From Dehalococcoidia bacterium (GTDB lineage: Bacteria > Chloroflexota > Dehalococcoidia > Lucifugimonadales > UBA3495): a stretch of DNA of 64,000 nt. This document shows, in pieces, positions 55,939 through 64,000 of this stretch. Numbering within the stretch: the stretch's first letter is position 1; each line of letters begins with the position of its first letter. The stretch spans positions 967,682-1,031,681 of the forward strand of contig OZ242043.1 of the NCBI GenBank assembly GCA_965205185.1, read 5' to 3'. The translations under genes and the position numbers were made by a program. The notes beneath the pieces were generated by a model. The model had not been told where the DNA came from and did not search any database. It was given only the letters and a program-made list of their open reading frames with translations.

Positions 55939-57861
55939 GTGAAGACGGTTGTTTGTATGAAGTATGTTCCGGTGATTGCGCGGATGCGGTTTGATTATGA
56001 GGCGCGGACGATTGTGCGGGAGGGTGTGCCTTCGGAGGTGAACGGGTTTGATTTGCTGGGGGTGGTTCGGGCGGTGGAGTTGAAGTCAGGGGATGATGAT
56101 GAGGTGGTGGTGTTGACGATGGGGCCGCCAGGGGCGCGGGAGGGGTTGGTGCATTGTTTGGCGTTGGGGGCGGATCGGGGGGTGCTGGTTACGGATCGGG
56201 CGTTGGCAGGGAGCGATACTTTGGCGACAGCGCGGGCGCTGGCGTTGGCGTTGGGGCGGGAAGGGGCGGATTTGATTATCTGCGGGCGCAACAGCACGGA
56301 CGGGGAGACGGGGCAGGTGGGGCCGGAGTTGGCGGAGTTGATGGGGCTGCCTCATGTGGGTCATGTGCGGCGTTTGGAGTTGCGGGAGGATCGGCGGGCG
56401 GCGGTGGTGGAGCGGATAACGGATGAGGGGTATCAGACGCTGGAGTGCGATTTGCCGGCGGTGATTTGCGTTACGGAGGGGGTGGCGCCGGAGTTGTTTC
56501 CGAACCGGCAGCAGATGGAGGAGGGGGCGGGCAAGCCGGTGGAGGAGGTGTCGTGCGCTGAGTTGTCGGGGGATCCGCTGTTGTTCGGGGCGGCGGGTTC
56601 GCCTACTTGGGTGAATGAGATCCGGCTGGTGGAGCCTAACCGGCTGGGGGTTATGTTGCAGGATACGGCGCCGGGGGAGGCGGCGCGGCAGATCGCGGAG
56701 TCGGTGCGGGGGCGGCTGGCGGAGCTGGCGGCGGCGGGGCCGTCGGCGGGGGGGGATGATCGGCGGGTGTTGCCGCGGTATCCGGGGGTTAGGGAGCGGA
56801 GCGTTTGGGTGGTGGCGGAAAATGCGCGGGACGGGCTGGCGCACGTTACTTTCGAGATGCTGGGGAAGGCGCGGGAGCTGGCGGGGGTTACGCGGAGCGA
56901 GGTTGCGGCGGTGGTGATCCGTCCGGGGGCGGGTTACGGGGGGGATAGGGACGGGGGGTTGGGCGGCGGTTTGGGTTGGGGGGAGTCTAGTCTGGCGGTG
57001 GGGAACGCTTATGCCGGGGCGTTGGCGGCGGCGGGGGCGGATCGGGTGCTGGCGTTGGATAGCGGGCCTTTGGGGCCGGTGTTCGGGCGGGGGGTGGGGG
57101 CGTGTTTGGCGGAGGCGGTGTTGCGGGAACGGCCTTACGCGCTGCTGTTTGCGTCTACGGCGGATGGGCGGGATTTGGCGGCGCGGCTGGCGGCGCGGCT
57201 GGGATTGGGGCTGACGGGGGATGCGATTGATTTGGAGATTGACGATGATGGGCGGCTGGTGCAGCTGAAGCCGGCGCTGGGGGGGAATGTGGTGGCGCCG
57301 ATTTTGTCGCGGACTTTGCCTAATCTGGTTACTTTGCGGACGGGGCTGCTGTCGCCGGCGGCGCCGGATGGGGGGGCGACGGCGGCGGTGGAGGTATTGG
57401 CGGGGGGCGATGGGGTTGGGGGGGGGCGGGAGGTTCGTTTGGTTGGGGAAGTGTTGGCGGAGGATCGGGAGGGTTTGGCGTTGGCGCGGGCGCGGGTGGT
57501 GTTGGGGCTGGGGATGGGCGCGGGGGAGGGGAATGTGGGGATGTTGCGGGATATGGCGCGGTCGGTGGGGGCGTCGGTGGCTACAACGCGGGATGTGGTT
57601 CATGCGGGATGGCTGCCGCAACAGTTGCAGGTGGGGATCAGTGGGCGGACGATTGCGCCTACAGTGTATATTGCGGTGGGGATACGGGGGGCGTTTAATC
57701 ATACGGTCGGGTTGCAGCGGGCGGGGGTTATTGTGGCGGTGAATCAGAATCGGCGGGCTACGATATTTCGGTCGGCGGATTTCGGGGTGGTGGGGAGTTG
57801 GGAGGAGTATTTGCCGCCGTTGCTGGAGGCTTTGGGTCCGGTGTTGGCGGGGTTGGGGTAG
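55939..57861 (+). CDS. etfBA: Fused electron-transfer flavoprotein beta+alpha subunits (EtfB-EtfA single polypeptide)
   Basis: The GTG at 55939 gives 'MKTVVCMKYVP' (EtfB N-terminus). 'LIICGRNSTDGETGQVGPELAEL' is EtfB. The C-terminal half 'YIAVGIRGAFNHTVGLQRAGVIVAVNQN' is EtfA FAD-binding. The junction is Gly-rich. Confidence 0.8.
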   Translation: MKTVVCMKYVPVIARMRFDYEARTIVREGVPSEVNGFDLLGVVRAVELKSGDDDEVVVLTMGPPGAREGLVHCLALGADRGVLVTDRALAGSDTLATARALALALGREGADLIICGRNSTDGETGQVGPELAELMGLPHVGHVRRLELREDRRAAVVERITDEGYQTLECDLPAVICVTEGVAPELFPNRQQMEEGAGKPVEEVSCAELSGDPLLFGAAGSPTWVNEIRLVEPNRLGVMLQDTAPGEAARQIAESVRGRLAELAAAGPSAGGDDRRVLPRYPGVRERSVWVVAENARDGLAHVTFEMLGKARELAGVTRSEVAAVVIRPGAGYGGDRDGGLGGGLGWGESSLAVGNAYAGALAAAGADRVLALDSGPLGPVFGRGVGACLAEAVLRERPYALLFASTADGRDLAARLAARLGLGLTGDAIDLEIDDDGRLVQLKPALGGNVVAPILSRTLPNLVTLRTGLLSPAAPDGGATAAVEVLAGGDGVGGGREVRLVGEVLAEDREGLALARARVVLGLGMGAGEGNVGMLRDMARSVGASVATTRDVVHAGWLPQQLQVGISGRTIAPTVYIAVGIRGAFNHTVGLQRAGVIVAVNQNRRATIFRSADFGVVGSWEEYLPPLLEALGPVLAGLG

Positions 57862-57980
57862 GGGTCGGGACGTTATTGTTGGGGGTTTTGGGCGGGGTTA
57901 GGGCGAGTTGGCGGGGGCGGGCGTTTTTATTACGGGGGCAATTTGGGGGTAATTCGGACGATGGCAGGGGGCAGGTTGCT

Positions 57981-59489
57981 ATGGGCGGGCATTTCTATTA
58001 TGGGGACTGCTTGGGGGTGATGCGGGATTATGTTGCTGATGGTTCGGTGGATCTGATTTATTTGGATCCGCCTTTTAAGTCGGATGCGGATTATAATATG
58101 TTGTTTGCCGGGCCGGATGGGGCGGTTGCGGCGGGGGCGGAAGTGCGGGCGTTTGGGGATACTTGGCGGTGGGGGGCGGAGGCGCGGGGGGAGTTTGATC
58201 AGGTTTGTCGGGATGTTCCCGATGTGGGGGTTAAGCTGGAGGCGATGCGTAGTATTGTGGGGGAGTGCGGGATGATGGCTTATCTTTCGCGGATGACGGT
58301 TCGGTTGGTTGAGATGCGGCGGGTGTTGAAGCCTGGCGGTAGTATTTATTTGCATTGCGATCCGACGGCTAGTCATTATCTTAAGGTGATGATGGATGCG
58401 GTGTTTCATCCGGTTGGGGGGCGTTTGCGGAGTGAAATTATTTGGCGGATTGGGTGGGTGTCGGGTTATAAGACGCGGCGGCGGGGGTGGATTCGGAATC
58501 ATGATACTATTTTGTATTATGCTTTGGGGGACAAGTTCACTTTTAATAAGGAATATATTGCATATCCTGACGGCTACCGGCGGCGGGATGGTAGTTTGCC
58601 TACGGGTTTGGGGATACCGATTGAGGATACTTGGAATTGCAATCGGGCGGATGTGCTGGATTCGATAATGATCAAGAGTTTTTCGCGGGAAAAGTTGGGG
58701 TATCCGACGCAGAAGCCGTTGGATTTGTTGCGGCGGATTGTGCGGGCTTCGAGCAATGCGGGGGATGTGGTTTTGGATCCGTTTTGTGGGTGCGGGACGG
58801 CTTGTCATGCGGCGGCGGAGTTGGGGCGGGGTTGGATTGGGATTGATGTTACGGCGTTGGCGCTGCCGGTGTTGCGGGCGCGGTTTGATGCGTCGGGGAT
58901 GGGGGCGGATTTCGGGGTTACGGGGATGCCGGCGTCGGCGGAGGATTGGCGGGTTTTGGCGGGGAGTAATCCGATGGAGTTTGAGCGGGCGGCGATGGGT
59001 TTGATTGACGGGTGCCGTCCGTATTCGCAGCGGCGGGGCGGGGGGGATGGGGGGATTGACGGGCTGATTCCGGTGGCGGTGGGGCGGGATCGGTGGGGGT
59101 ATGTGGCGGTGTCGGTGAAGGGGGGCCGGCAACTTAATCCGGCGATGGCGCGGGATTTGCGGGGGACGGTGGAGCGGGAAAGCCGGAATGGGGTGGTGGC
59201 GGGGGCGCTGGTTACGGCGTATCCGGTGACGGCGGGGATGCGGCGGGAGTTGGACGGGGCGGGGGATGTCGATATTTTGGGGCGTTCTTGGCCTAAGTTG
59301 CAGGCGGTTACGGTGGAGGAGGTTTTGGAGCGGAAGGGGCGGGGGCTGCCGGAGTTGTCGCTGCCGTTGCAGGCGGCGGCGCCGTTGGCGCGGGTGGGGC
59401 TGGCGCGGGGGGAGGTTGGGGGGCAGTACCGGCTGGAGGGGGGTGTCCTTCGACAGGCTCAGGATGATCCTTCGACAGGCTCAGGATGA
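57981..59489 (+). CDS. Beta-class DNA methyltransferase fused to a C-terminal Mrr-like PD-(D/E)xK nuclease domain
   Basis: 'IYLDPPF', 'SEIIW', 'YPTQKPLDLLRRIV' and 'VVLDPFCGCGT'. C-terminal 'GGDGGIDGLI...YVAVSVKGG' (Mrr_cat pattern). The last codons and the stop lie inside the REP array. Confidence 0.8.
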   Translation: MGGHFYYGDCLGVMRDYVADGSVDLIYLDPPFKSDADYNMLFAGPDGAVAAGAEVRAFGDTWRWGAEARGEFDQVCRDVPDVGVKLEAMRSIVGECGMMAYLSRMTVRLVEMRRVLKPGGSIYLHCDPTASHYLKVMMDAVFHPVGGRLRSEIIWRIGWVSGYKTRRRGWIRNHDTILYYALGDKFTFNKEYIAYPDGYRRRDGSLPTGLGIPIEDTWNCNRADVLDSIMIKSFSREKLGYPTQKPLDLLRRIVRASSNAGDVVLDPFCGCGTACHAAAELGRGWIGIDVTALALPVLRARFDASGMGADFGVTGMPASAEDWRVLAGSNPMEFERAAMGLIDGCRPYSQRRGGGDGGIDGLIPVAVGRDRWGYVAVSVKGGRQLNPAMARDLRGTVERESRNGVVAGALVTAYPVTAGMRRELDGAGDVDILGRSWPKLQAVTVEEVLERKGRGLPELSLPLQAAAPLARVGLARGEVGGQYRLEGGVLRQAQDDPSTGSG

Positions 59490-59618
59490 ATGATAAGGCC
59501 GGGATGTTCGACAAGTTCAGGATGATCCTTTACAGGCTCAGGATGAGTGATAAGGCCGGGATGTTCGATAAGCTCAGGATGATCCTTCGACAAGCTCAGG
59601 ATGAGTGATCTGGCGGGG
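59445..59618. repeat. Tandem array (about 5 units) of REP-like hairpins TCCTTCGACAGGCTCAGGATGA
   Basis: Lies at the convergent junction of two methyltransferase genes. Same family as 21586-21635 and 32111-32143. Confidence 0.8.
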
Positions 59619-59669
59619 TTGGGGTTTGTTAAGGTGCGTTGGGGCGCGGGTGTTGTCCGGTTTTGTGGG

Positions 59670-61400
59670 TTATAGGCCCATTGGGTTTTGGCGGGCGTAG
59701 GCTTGGCCGTAGATTTGCATGGCTTGGGCTTGCGCCCAGTCGAGATTGATTAGGTCGTTGATGGTGTCGACCATTAGTTCGCCGGCGTGGGCGATTTCTT
59801 GGCGGTATTCGGCCAGCGCAACGCGGCGGTTGTTTTTGCGGAGGTTGTGGTAGGGGCACATTGGGGCGCGGTTTTGGATGTCGTTGCTGGCGCCGGTGTT
59901 TTGTTTGCTTTTGGGGGCGATGTGGTCTAGGTGGAAGTTGCGGGTGGTTTGGATGATGCGGCCGTCGGGGCGGCGGTTGGCGAAGCCGCAGCACCAGGCT
60001 TGGTAGTTGGATAGTTTTAGCAGTTCCTCGAGCATTTGGGGTTCGGGGATGATGCTGGCGGGGACTTTGAAGGTGCGTTCCGGCAGGCGGAAAACGGGGG
60101 GCGGGGTTTCGGTTTCGGGGGATGTGCGTTTGGGTAGTTGGTTGGGGCCGTAGATGGTTACGGTGGGGTTGTCGGGGGTTACTTGCTGGCCGGGGGCGGC
60201 GTGGTCGGCGCAGGTTAGCAGGGCTAGATTGGGTTTGTTGAATTGGCGCTTGAATACGGTCCAGGCGCGGGGTTGGATGTCGCAGGCGATCCATTGGCGC
60301 TGGAGGCGCTCGGCGGCTACGGCGACATAAGCGCAACCGGCGAAACAGTCTAGTACGACGTCGCCGGGGTTGGTGGCGGCGGCGATTATGCGCTCGGCGA
60401 GGGCTACGGGTTTTTGGGTGGGGTAGCCGGTTTTTTCTTTGCCGCGGGCCGCGGGGATGTCGTTCCAGATGTCTTGTAACTTGACGCCTTTGGCGTTATC
60501 CAGATATTTTTTGTAGCGGAAGGGGGAGCCGGGTTTTGTTTGCACTAATAGGCCGGCTTGGTACATTTGCTCCATACGTTTCGGCTCGAATCGCCAGGCG
60601 CGGGTTAGGCCGCGAAATTCGTAGGGCTTGTTGCCGCCGGATTCGTTGGTGCAGGGGAAGGTTTGATAGCGGCCGCGGGCATCCTGTTGGTCGTAGCCTT
60701 TTTCGATATACTCCGGGTCATAGGGCTGATATTGGATGTTGTATTTCGCTTTTTCGGATTTGGCGTGCCAAAAGATGGTGTCGTGGATGTTGCCTAGTCG
60801 CTGCCGGGCCAAGTTGTGCTTTTCTTGACGGCGCAGGAAGGATATTTCGTTGCGGAAGTTTTTTTGGCCGAAAATGGCGTCCAGCAGTTGGCGGAGGTAT
60901 CCGTTGGCGGTGTGGTCGCAGTGCAGGAAAAGGCTGCCGGTGGGTTTGAGTATGCGGCGGATTTCCAGTAATCGGATTGCCATATAGCAGAGGTAAGCCG
61001 CCGTGCTGTCGGAGTGGGTATGACGGGTTACTTCGATGAGGGCGGCGATTTGTGAGTAATTTTGTTGGAGTTCCAGTAGCCAGGACTCGTGGACGTCTTT
61101 GCCCCAGTTCCAGAAGTCTTTGTAGGCGGTTTCGGGCCAGTCGATGCCGGCTTTTTCGGCGTCGGTCTTATTTTGTATTCCCCAATGGGCGAGCAGGCGG
61201 AACTCGTTGGCGCGTTCCGCGTCGGTCAAGGGCGGCTTGAGGGGGTCTTTATCGCGCTGGTTTTTGCGGCCGAAGGTTTCGTTTTTGGCGAAGGGCGGGT
61301 CGATGCATACGAGGTCGATGCATTCGTTGTTGAGGGATTGGAGGAAGTCTAGGTTGTCGGCGATGTATACGCCGCGGTTGATGGCGTTGAAGTCGGGCAT
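59670..61400 (-). CDS. Beta-class DNA methyltransferase fused to a C-terminal HNH nuclease domain (copy A)
   Basis: 576 aa. 'VCIDPPF', 'FRNEISF', 'GYPTQKPVALAERII' and 'VVLDCFAGCAY'. C-terminal 'WCCGF...HLDHIAPKS...CPYHNLRK'. Confidence 0.85.
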   Translation of the reverse strand: MPDFNAINRGVYIADNLDFLQSLNNECIDLVCIDPPFAKNETFGRKNQRDKDPLKPPLTDAERANEFRLLAHWGIQNKTDAEKAGIDWPETAYKDFWNWGKDVHESWLLELQQNYSQIAALIEVTRHTHSDSTAAYLCYMAIRLLEIRRILKPTGSLFLHCDHTANGYLRQLLDAIFGQKNFRNEISFLRRQEKHNLARQRLGNIHDTIFWHAKSEKAKYNIQYQPYDPEYIEKGYDQQDARGRYQTFPCTNESGGNKPYEFRGLTRAWRFEPKRMEQMYQAGLLVQTKPGSPFRYKKYLDNAKGVKLQDIWNDIPAARGKEKTGYPTQKPVALAERIIAAATNPGDVVLDCFAGCAYVAVAAERLQRQWIACDIQPRAWTVFKRQFNKPNLALLTCADHAAPGQQVTPDNPTVTIYGPNQLPKRTSPETETPPPVFRLPERTFKVPASIIPEPQMLEELLKLSNYQAWCCGFANRRPDGRIIQTTRNFHLDHIAPKSKQNTGASNDIQNRAPMCPYHNLRKNNRRVALAEYRQEIAHAGELMVDTINDLINLDWAQAQAMQIYGQAYARQNPMGL

Positions 61401-61455
61401 TTTTGCTCCAGTCGCGGGCGGGTTTGGCGTTTATTATAGCATAGGCGTTTGCCGG

Positions 61456-62721
61456 TTAAGGTGTTTTGGGGCGATTGGAATCCTTTCCGGGGATGGCGCT
61501 GGCGGGGACTTTGAATTGGCGTTTCGGCAGGCGGAAATTTCGGGGCGGGGGTTGGGGTTGGGGGGTTGTGCGGGTGGGTAGTTGGTTGGGGCCGTGGATG
61601 GTTACGGTGGGGTTGTCGGGGGTTGCTTGCTGGCCGGGGGCGGCGTCGTCGCAATGCAGGGGCGGGTTTAGTAATTCGGTTTTGGTGAATTGACGCTTGA
61701 ATACGGTCCAGGCGCGGAGGTTTAGATCGCAAGCGGTCCATTGGCGGTTCAGGCGTTCTGCGGCGATGGCGGAGTAGGCGCAGCCGGCGAAGCAGTCTAC
61801 TACAACGTCGCCGGGGTTAGTGGTAGCGGCGATTATGCGCTCGGCGAGGGCGATGGGTTTTTGGGTGGGGTAGCCGGTGCGCTCGGTTGGCAGGCGGCCG
61901 ACCGGGGGGAAATCGGCCCACCATGATTCCGGGATTTTGCCGCGGTCGCGGGAATGGTCGATGTTATCCTCGTTCAGTTGTCCGCCTATTTTGGCGGAAC
62001 TTTTGGCTTGCTGGGTATTCAATTGTTGGTAGGGGATGCGTACCGCATCTCGGTTGAAAGTCCATTGTTCGGATTTGGAGTACCAGAATATAGTGTCGTG
62101 TTTGCGGGGGAACCATCGGCGGGTGTTGCTGGGGCCGGTGTAACACCAGGCGATTTCGTTGCGGAAACCGGGGGAGCCGTTTTCGCCATTGCCGAAAATG
62201 GCGTCCAGCAGTTGGCGGAGGTATCCGCCGGCGGTGTGGTCGCAATGGAGGAAAAGGCTGGCGGCGGGTTTGAGGATGCGGCGGATTTCGATCAGGCGGA
62301 TGGCCATATAGCATAGATAGGCCGCCGTGCTTTCGGAGTGGATGTAGCGGGTGGTTTCGATTAGTTGGTTGACGGCGGGGAAGTGGCGCGCGATGCTATT
62401 GAGCCAATCCTCGTGGATGTCGTTTTCCCAGGACCAGGCGTCATGGTAGCCTCCGCTGGTCCTGGTGCCGTAGGGCCAGGCGATTTCGTTGTTGGCGGCG
62501 TCTTTGGGGACGTGGATGCCCCATTCGTCGAGGAGGCGTTTTTCGTTGTTGATTTCTTGGTGGGATAGGGGGGGCTTTATTTTGTCGGCGGTGAAGGTTT
62601 CGTATTTGGCGAAGGGGGGGTTGATGGTTACGAGGTCGACGGTGGCGTTGTTGATGGCGCGGAGGAAGGCGAGGTTGTCGGCGATGTAGACGCCGCGGTT
62701 GATGGCGTTGAATTTGGGCAT
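61456..62721 (-). CDS. Beta-class DNA methyltransferase, paralog lacking the HNH domain (copy B)
   Basis: Start at the ATG at 62721 ('MPKFNAINRGVYIADN'). 'VTINPPF', 'FRNEIAW' and 'GYPTQKPIALAERII'. It ends just after the conserved linker '...FKVPASAIPG'. The upstream 229 residues of listed ORF 61456..63408 are an out-of-frame read through copy C. Confidence 0.8.
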   Translation of the reverse strand: MPKFNAINRGVYIADNLAFLRAINNATVDLVTINPPFAKYETFTADKIKPPLSHQEINNEKRLLDEWGIHVPKDAANNEIAWPYGTRTSGGYHDAWSWENDIHEDWLNSIARHFPAVNQLIETTRYIHSESTAAYLCYMAIRLIEIRRILKPAASLFLHCDHTAGGYLRQLLDAIFGNGENGSPGFRNEIAWCYTGPSNTRRWFPRKHDTIFWYSKSEQWTFNRDAVRIPYQQLNTQQAKSSAKIGGQLNEDNIDHSRDRGKIPESWWADFPPVGRLPTERTGYPTQKPIALAERIIAATTNPGDVVVDCFAGCAYSAIAAERLNRQWTACDLNLRAWTVFKRQFTKTELLNPPLHCDDAAPGQQATPDNPTVTIHGPNQLPTRTTPQPQPPPRNFRLPKRQFKVPASAIPGKDSNRPKTP

Positions 62722-62741
62722 TATTTCGCTCCGGTCGTTTT

Positions 62742-64000
62742 TTATAGGCCCATTGGGTTTTGGCGGGCGTAGGCTTGGCCGTAGATTTGCATGGCCTGGG
62801 CTTGGGCCCAGTCGAGGTTGATTAGGTCGTTGATGGTGTCGACCATTAGTTCGCCGGCGTGGGCGATTTCTTGGCGGTATTCGGCTAGGGGGATGCGGCG
62901 GTTGTTTTTGCGGAGGTTGTGGTAGGGGCACATTGGGGCGCGGTTTTGGATGTCGTTGCTGGCGCCGGTGTTTTGTTTGCTTTTGGGGGCGATGTGGTCT
63001 AGATGGAAGTTGCGGGTGGTTGGGATTATCCGGCCGTCGGGGCGGCGGTTGGCGAAGCCGCAGCACCAGGCTTGGTAGTTGGATAGTTTTAGCAGTTCCT
63101 CGAGCATTTGGGGTTCGGGGATGATGCTGGCGGGGACTTTGAAAGTGCGTTCCGGCAGGCGGAAAACGGGGGGCGGGGTTTCGGTTTCGGGGGATGTGCG
63201 GGTGGGCAATTGGTTGGGGCCGTGGATGGTTACAATGGGGTTGTCGGGCGTGACTTGCTGACCGGGGGCGGCTCGGTCGGTGCAGGTTAGCAGGGCTAGA
63301 TTGGGTTTGTTGAATTGGCGCTTGAATACGGTCCAGGCGCGGGGCTGGATGTCGCAGGCGATCCATTGGCGTTGGAGGCGCTCGGCGGCTACGGCGACAT
63401 AAGCGCAACCGGCGAAACAGTCCAGGACAACATCGCCGGGGTTGGTGCTGGCTTTGATTATGCGCTCGGCGAGGGCTACGGGCTTTTGGGTGGGGTAGCC
63501 GGTGCGTTCATTGGACGATGGCGATAGTAGTTTGATGTCGGTCCAGATGTCATTGACTTTTACGCCTATGTCGGCTTCCGGGGGTCTGAGTATTGACGGG
63601 GTGTTTCCGGTAGACCAATGAATCAGTCCGGCTTCGGCGAGGGCGTCCAGCCGCTCCTTGATGCTTTCGATTTCTTTGAATCCGGGGATTGCGTTGTTAT
63701 GGATCCAGTCGGCTAACTCGCCGGTTCTAGGGACGCCCCAATGGCGGCCTATTTCGGTGGGGTTGTAACCCCGCCAAGGTTGCCCGGATTCTCCGGTTCG
63801 TGTTATTCCTGCCGCAGTTAGGGGGACTCGGGTGGGTTTGGTGTTGGCGGCGGCGCTGTGTATCGGGCGCCAGGTGGGGGCGTCGGTTTTAGCGTATTGG
63901 AGGATTGAGTCGTGGGTGTTTCCCCATTTGTTCCCGGTGTTTCTGCCGGGGGAGCGGCCCCATATTATTTCGGCCTTGAAATTGTCGGGGGCGAAGACGG
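62742..64000 (-). CDS. Beta-class DNA methyltransferase fused to a C-terminal HNH nuclease domain (copy C), 5' end beyond the window
   Basis: My own translation continues in frame upstream of listed ORF 62742..63209 ('...FKAEIIWGR...ERTGYPTQKPVALAERIIKASTNPGDVVLDCFAGCAY...') to the window edge. The HNH module is nearly identical to copy A. Confidence 0.8.
   Translation of the reverse strand, partial: VFAPDNFKAEIIWGRSPGRNTGNKWGNTHDSILQYAKTDAPTWRPIHSAAANTKPTRVPLTAAGITRTGESGQPWRGYNPTEIGRHWGVPRTGELADWIHNNAIPGFKEIESIKERLDALAEAGLIHWSTGNTPSILRPPEADIGVKVNDIWTDIKLLSPSSNERTGYPTQKPVALAERIIKASTNPGDVVLDCFAGCAYVAVAAERLQRQWIACDIQPRAWTVFKRQFNKPNLALLTCTDRAAPGQQVTPDNPIVTIHGPNQLPTRTSPETETPPPVFRLPERTFKVPASIIPEPQMLEELLKLSNYQAWCCGFANRRPDGRIIPTTRNFHLDHIAPKSKQNTGASNDIQNRAPMCPYHNLRKNNRRIPLAEYRQEIAHAGELMVDTINDLINLDWAQAQAMQIYGQAYARQNPMGL

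Noticed and set aside
56086-57702. Long '-' strand ORFs on the right arm (for example 32292..33116, 33873..34790, 40507..41697, 45756..46628, 46956..47612, 48308..49603, 49655..50614, 53027..53659, 55005..55751, 56086..57702, 57930..59132)
   Set aside because: The same artefact, mirrored: Pro/Arg/Gln/His-rich translations antisense to well-supported '+' genes (otsBA excepted, where they are alternate frames of the real '-' genes).
61456-63408. 650-aa ORF suggesting one giant methyltransferase gene
   Set aside because: Its first 229 residues (Pro/Arg-rich) are an out-of-frame read through the HNH and linker region of copy C. The real gene starts at the ATG at 62721 ('MPKFNAINRG...'), parallel to copy A.
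1-64000. tRNA, rRNA, tmRNA genes and cas genes
   Set aside because: I scanned both strands for T-loop-like GGTTCRANNCC signatures, rRNA-like conserved blocks and Cas-like ORFs and found none. A tRNAscan/Infernal run would be definitive.

Overview
GC-rich bacterial chromosomal segment. The repeat families and gene content resemble Chloroflexota, but the taxon cannot be established from this sequence alone. I support about 50 protein genes and found no rRNA or tRNA. Housekeeping content: a ubiD-ubiA-ubiX-(retropepsin)-ubiE quinone operon, modABC, hyuA/PIG-L deacetylase/hyuB, alaX, dnaN, malate synthase G, otsBA, tyrA-aroA-gmk, lipA, pncB and a fused etfBA. Between these sit many restriction/defence-type genes: a low-GC type II R-M pair, two tandem Uma2 nucleases next to a 918-aa single-chain N6-methyltransferase, an orphan 6-repeat CRISPR array, a DUF4145 zinc-ribbon protein, a decayed methylase pseudogene, and an array of five beta-class DNA methyltransferase paralogs at the 3' end. 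Four of those five carry a C-terminal nuclease domain (HNH x3, Mrr-like x1). Three signals stand out. (1) Strand composition flips: the + strand is C/A-rich up to about 27 kb and extremely G/T-rich from about 32 kb, regardless of gene orientation. That polarity is expected at a replication origin, and a roughly 1.1-kb gene-poor stretch at 31.3-32.3 kb is the best oriC candidate. (2) As a result, genes use two nearly exclusive codon dialects (G/T-ending versus C/A-ending) set by orientation relative to the flip. Segments lacking either dialect stand out as probable recent acquisitions. (3) The methyltransferase-nuclease array has concerted-evolution tracts and divergent target-recognition regions. 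Most long ORFs in the six-frame track are Pro/Arg-rich artefacts on the stop-poor C/A-rich strand.
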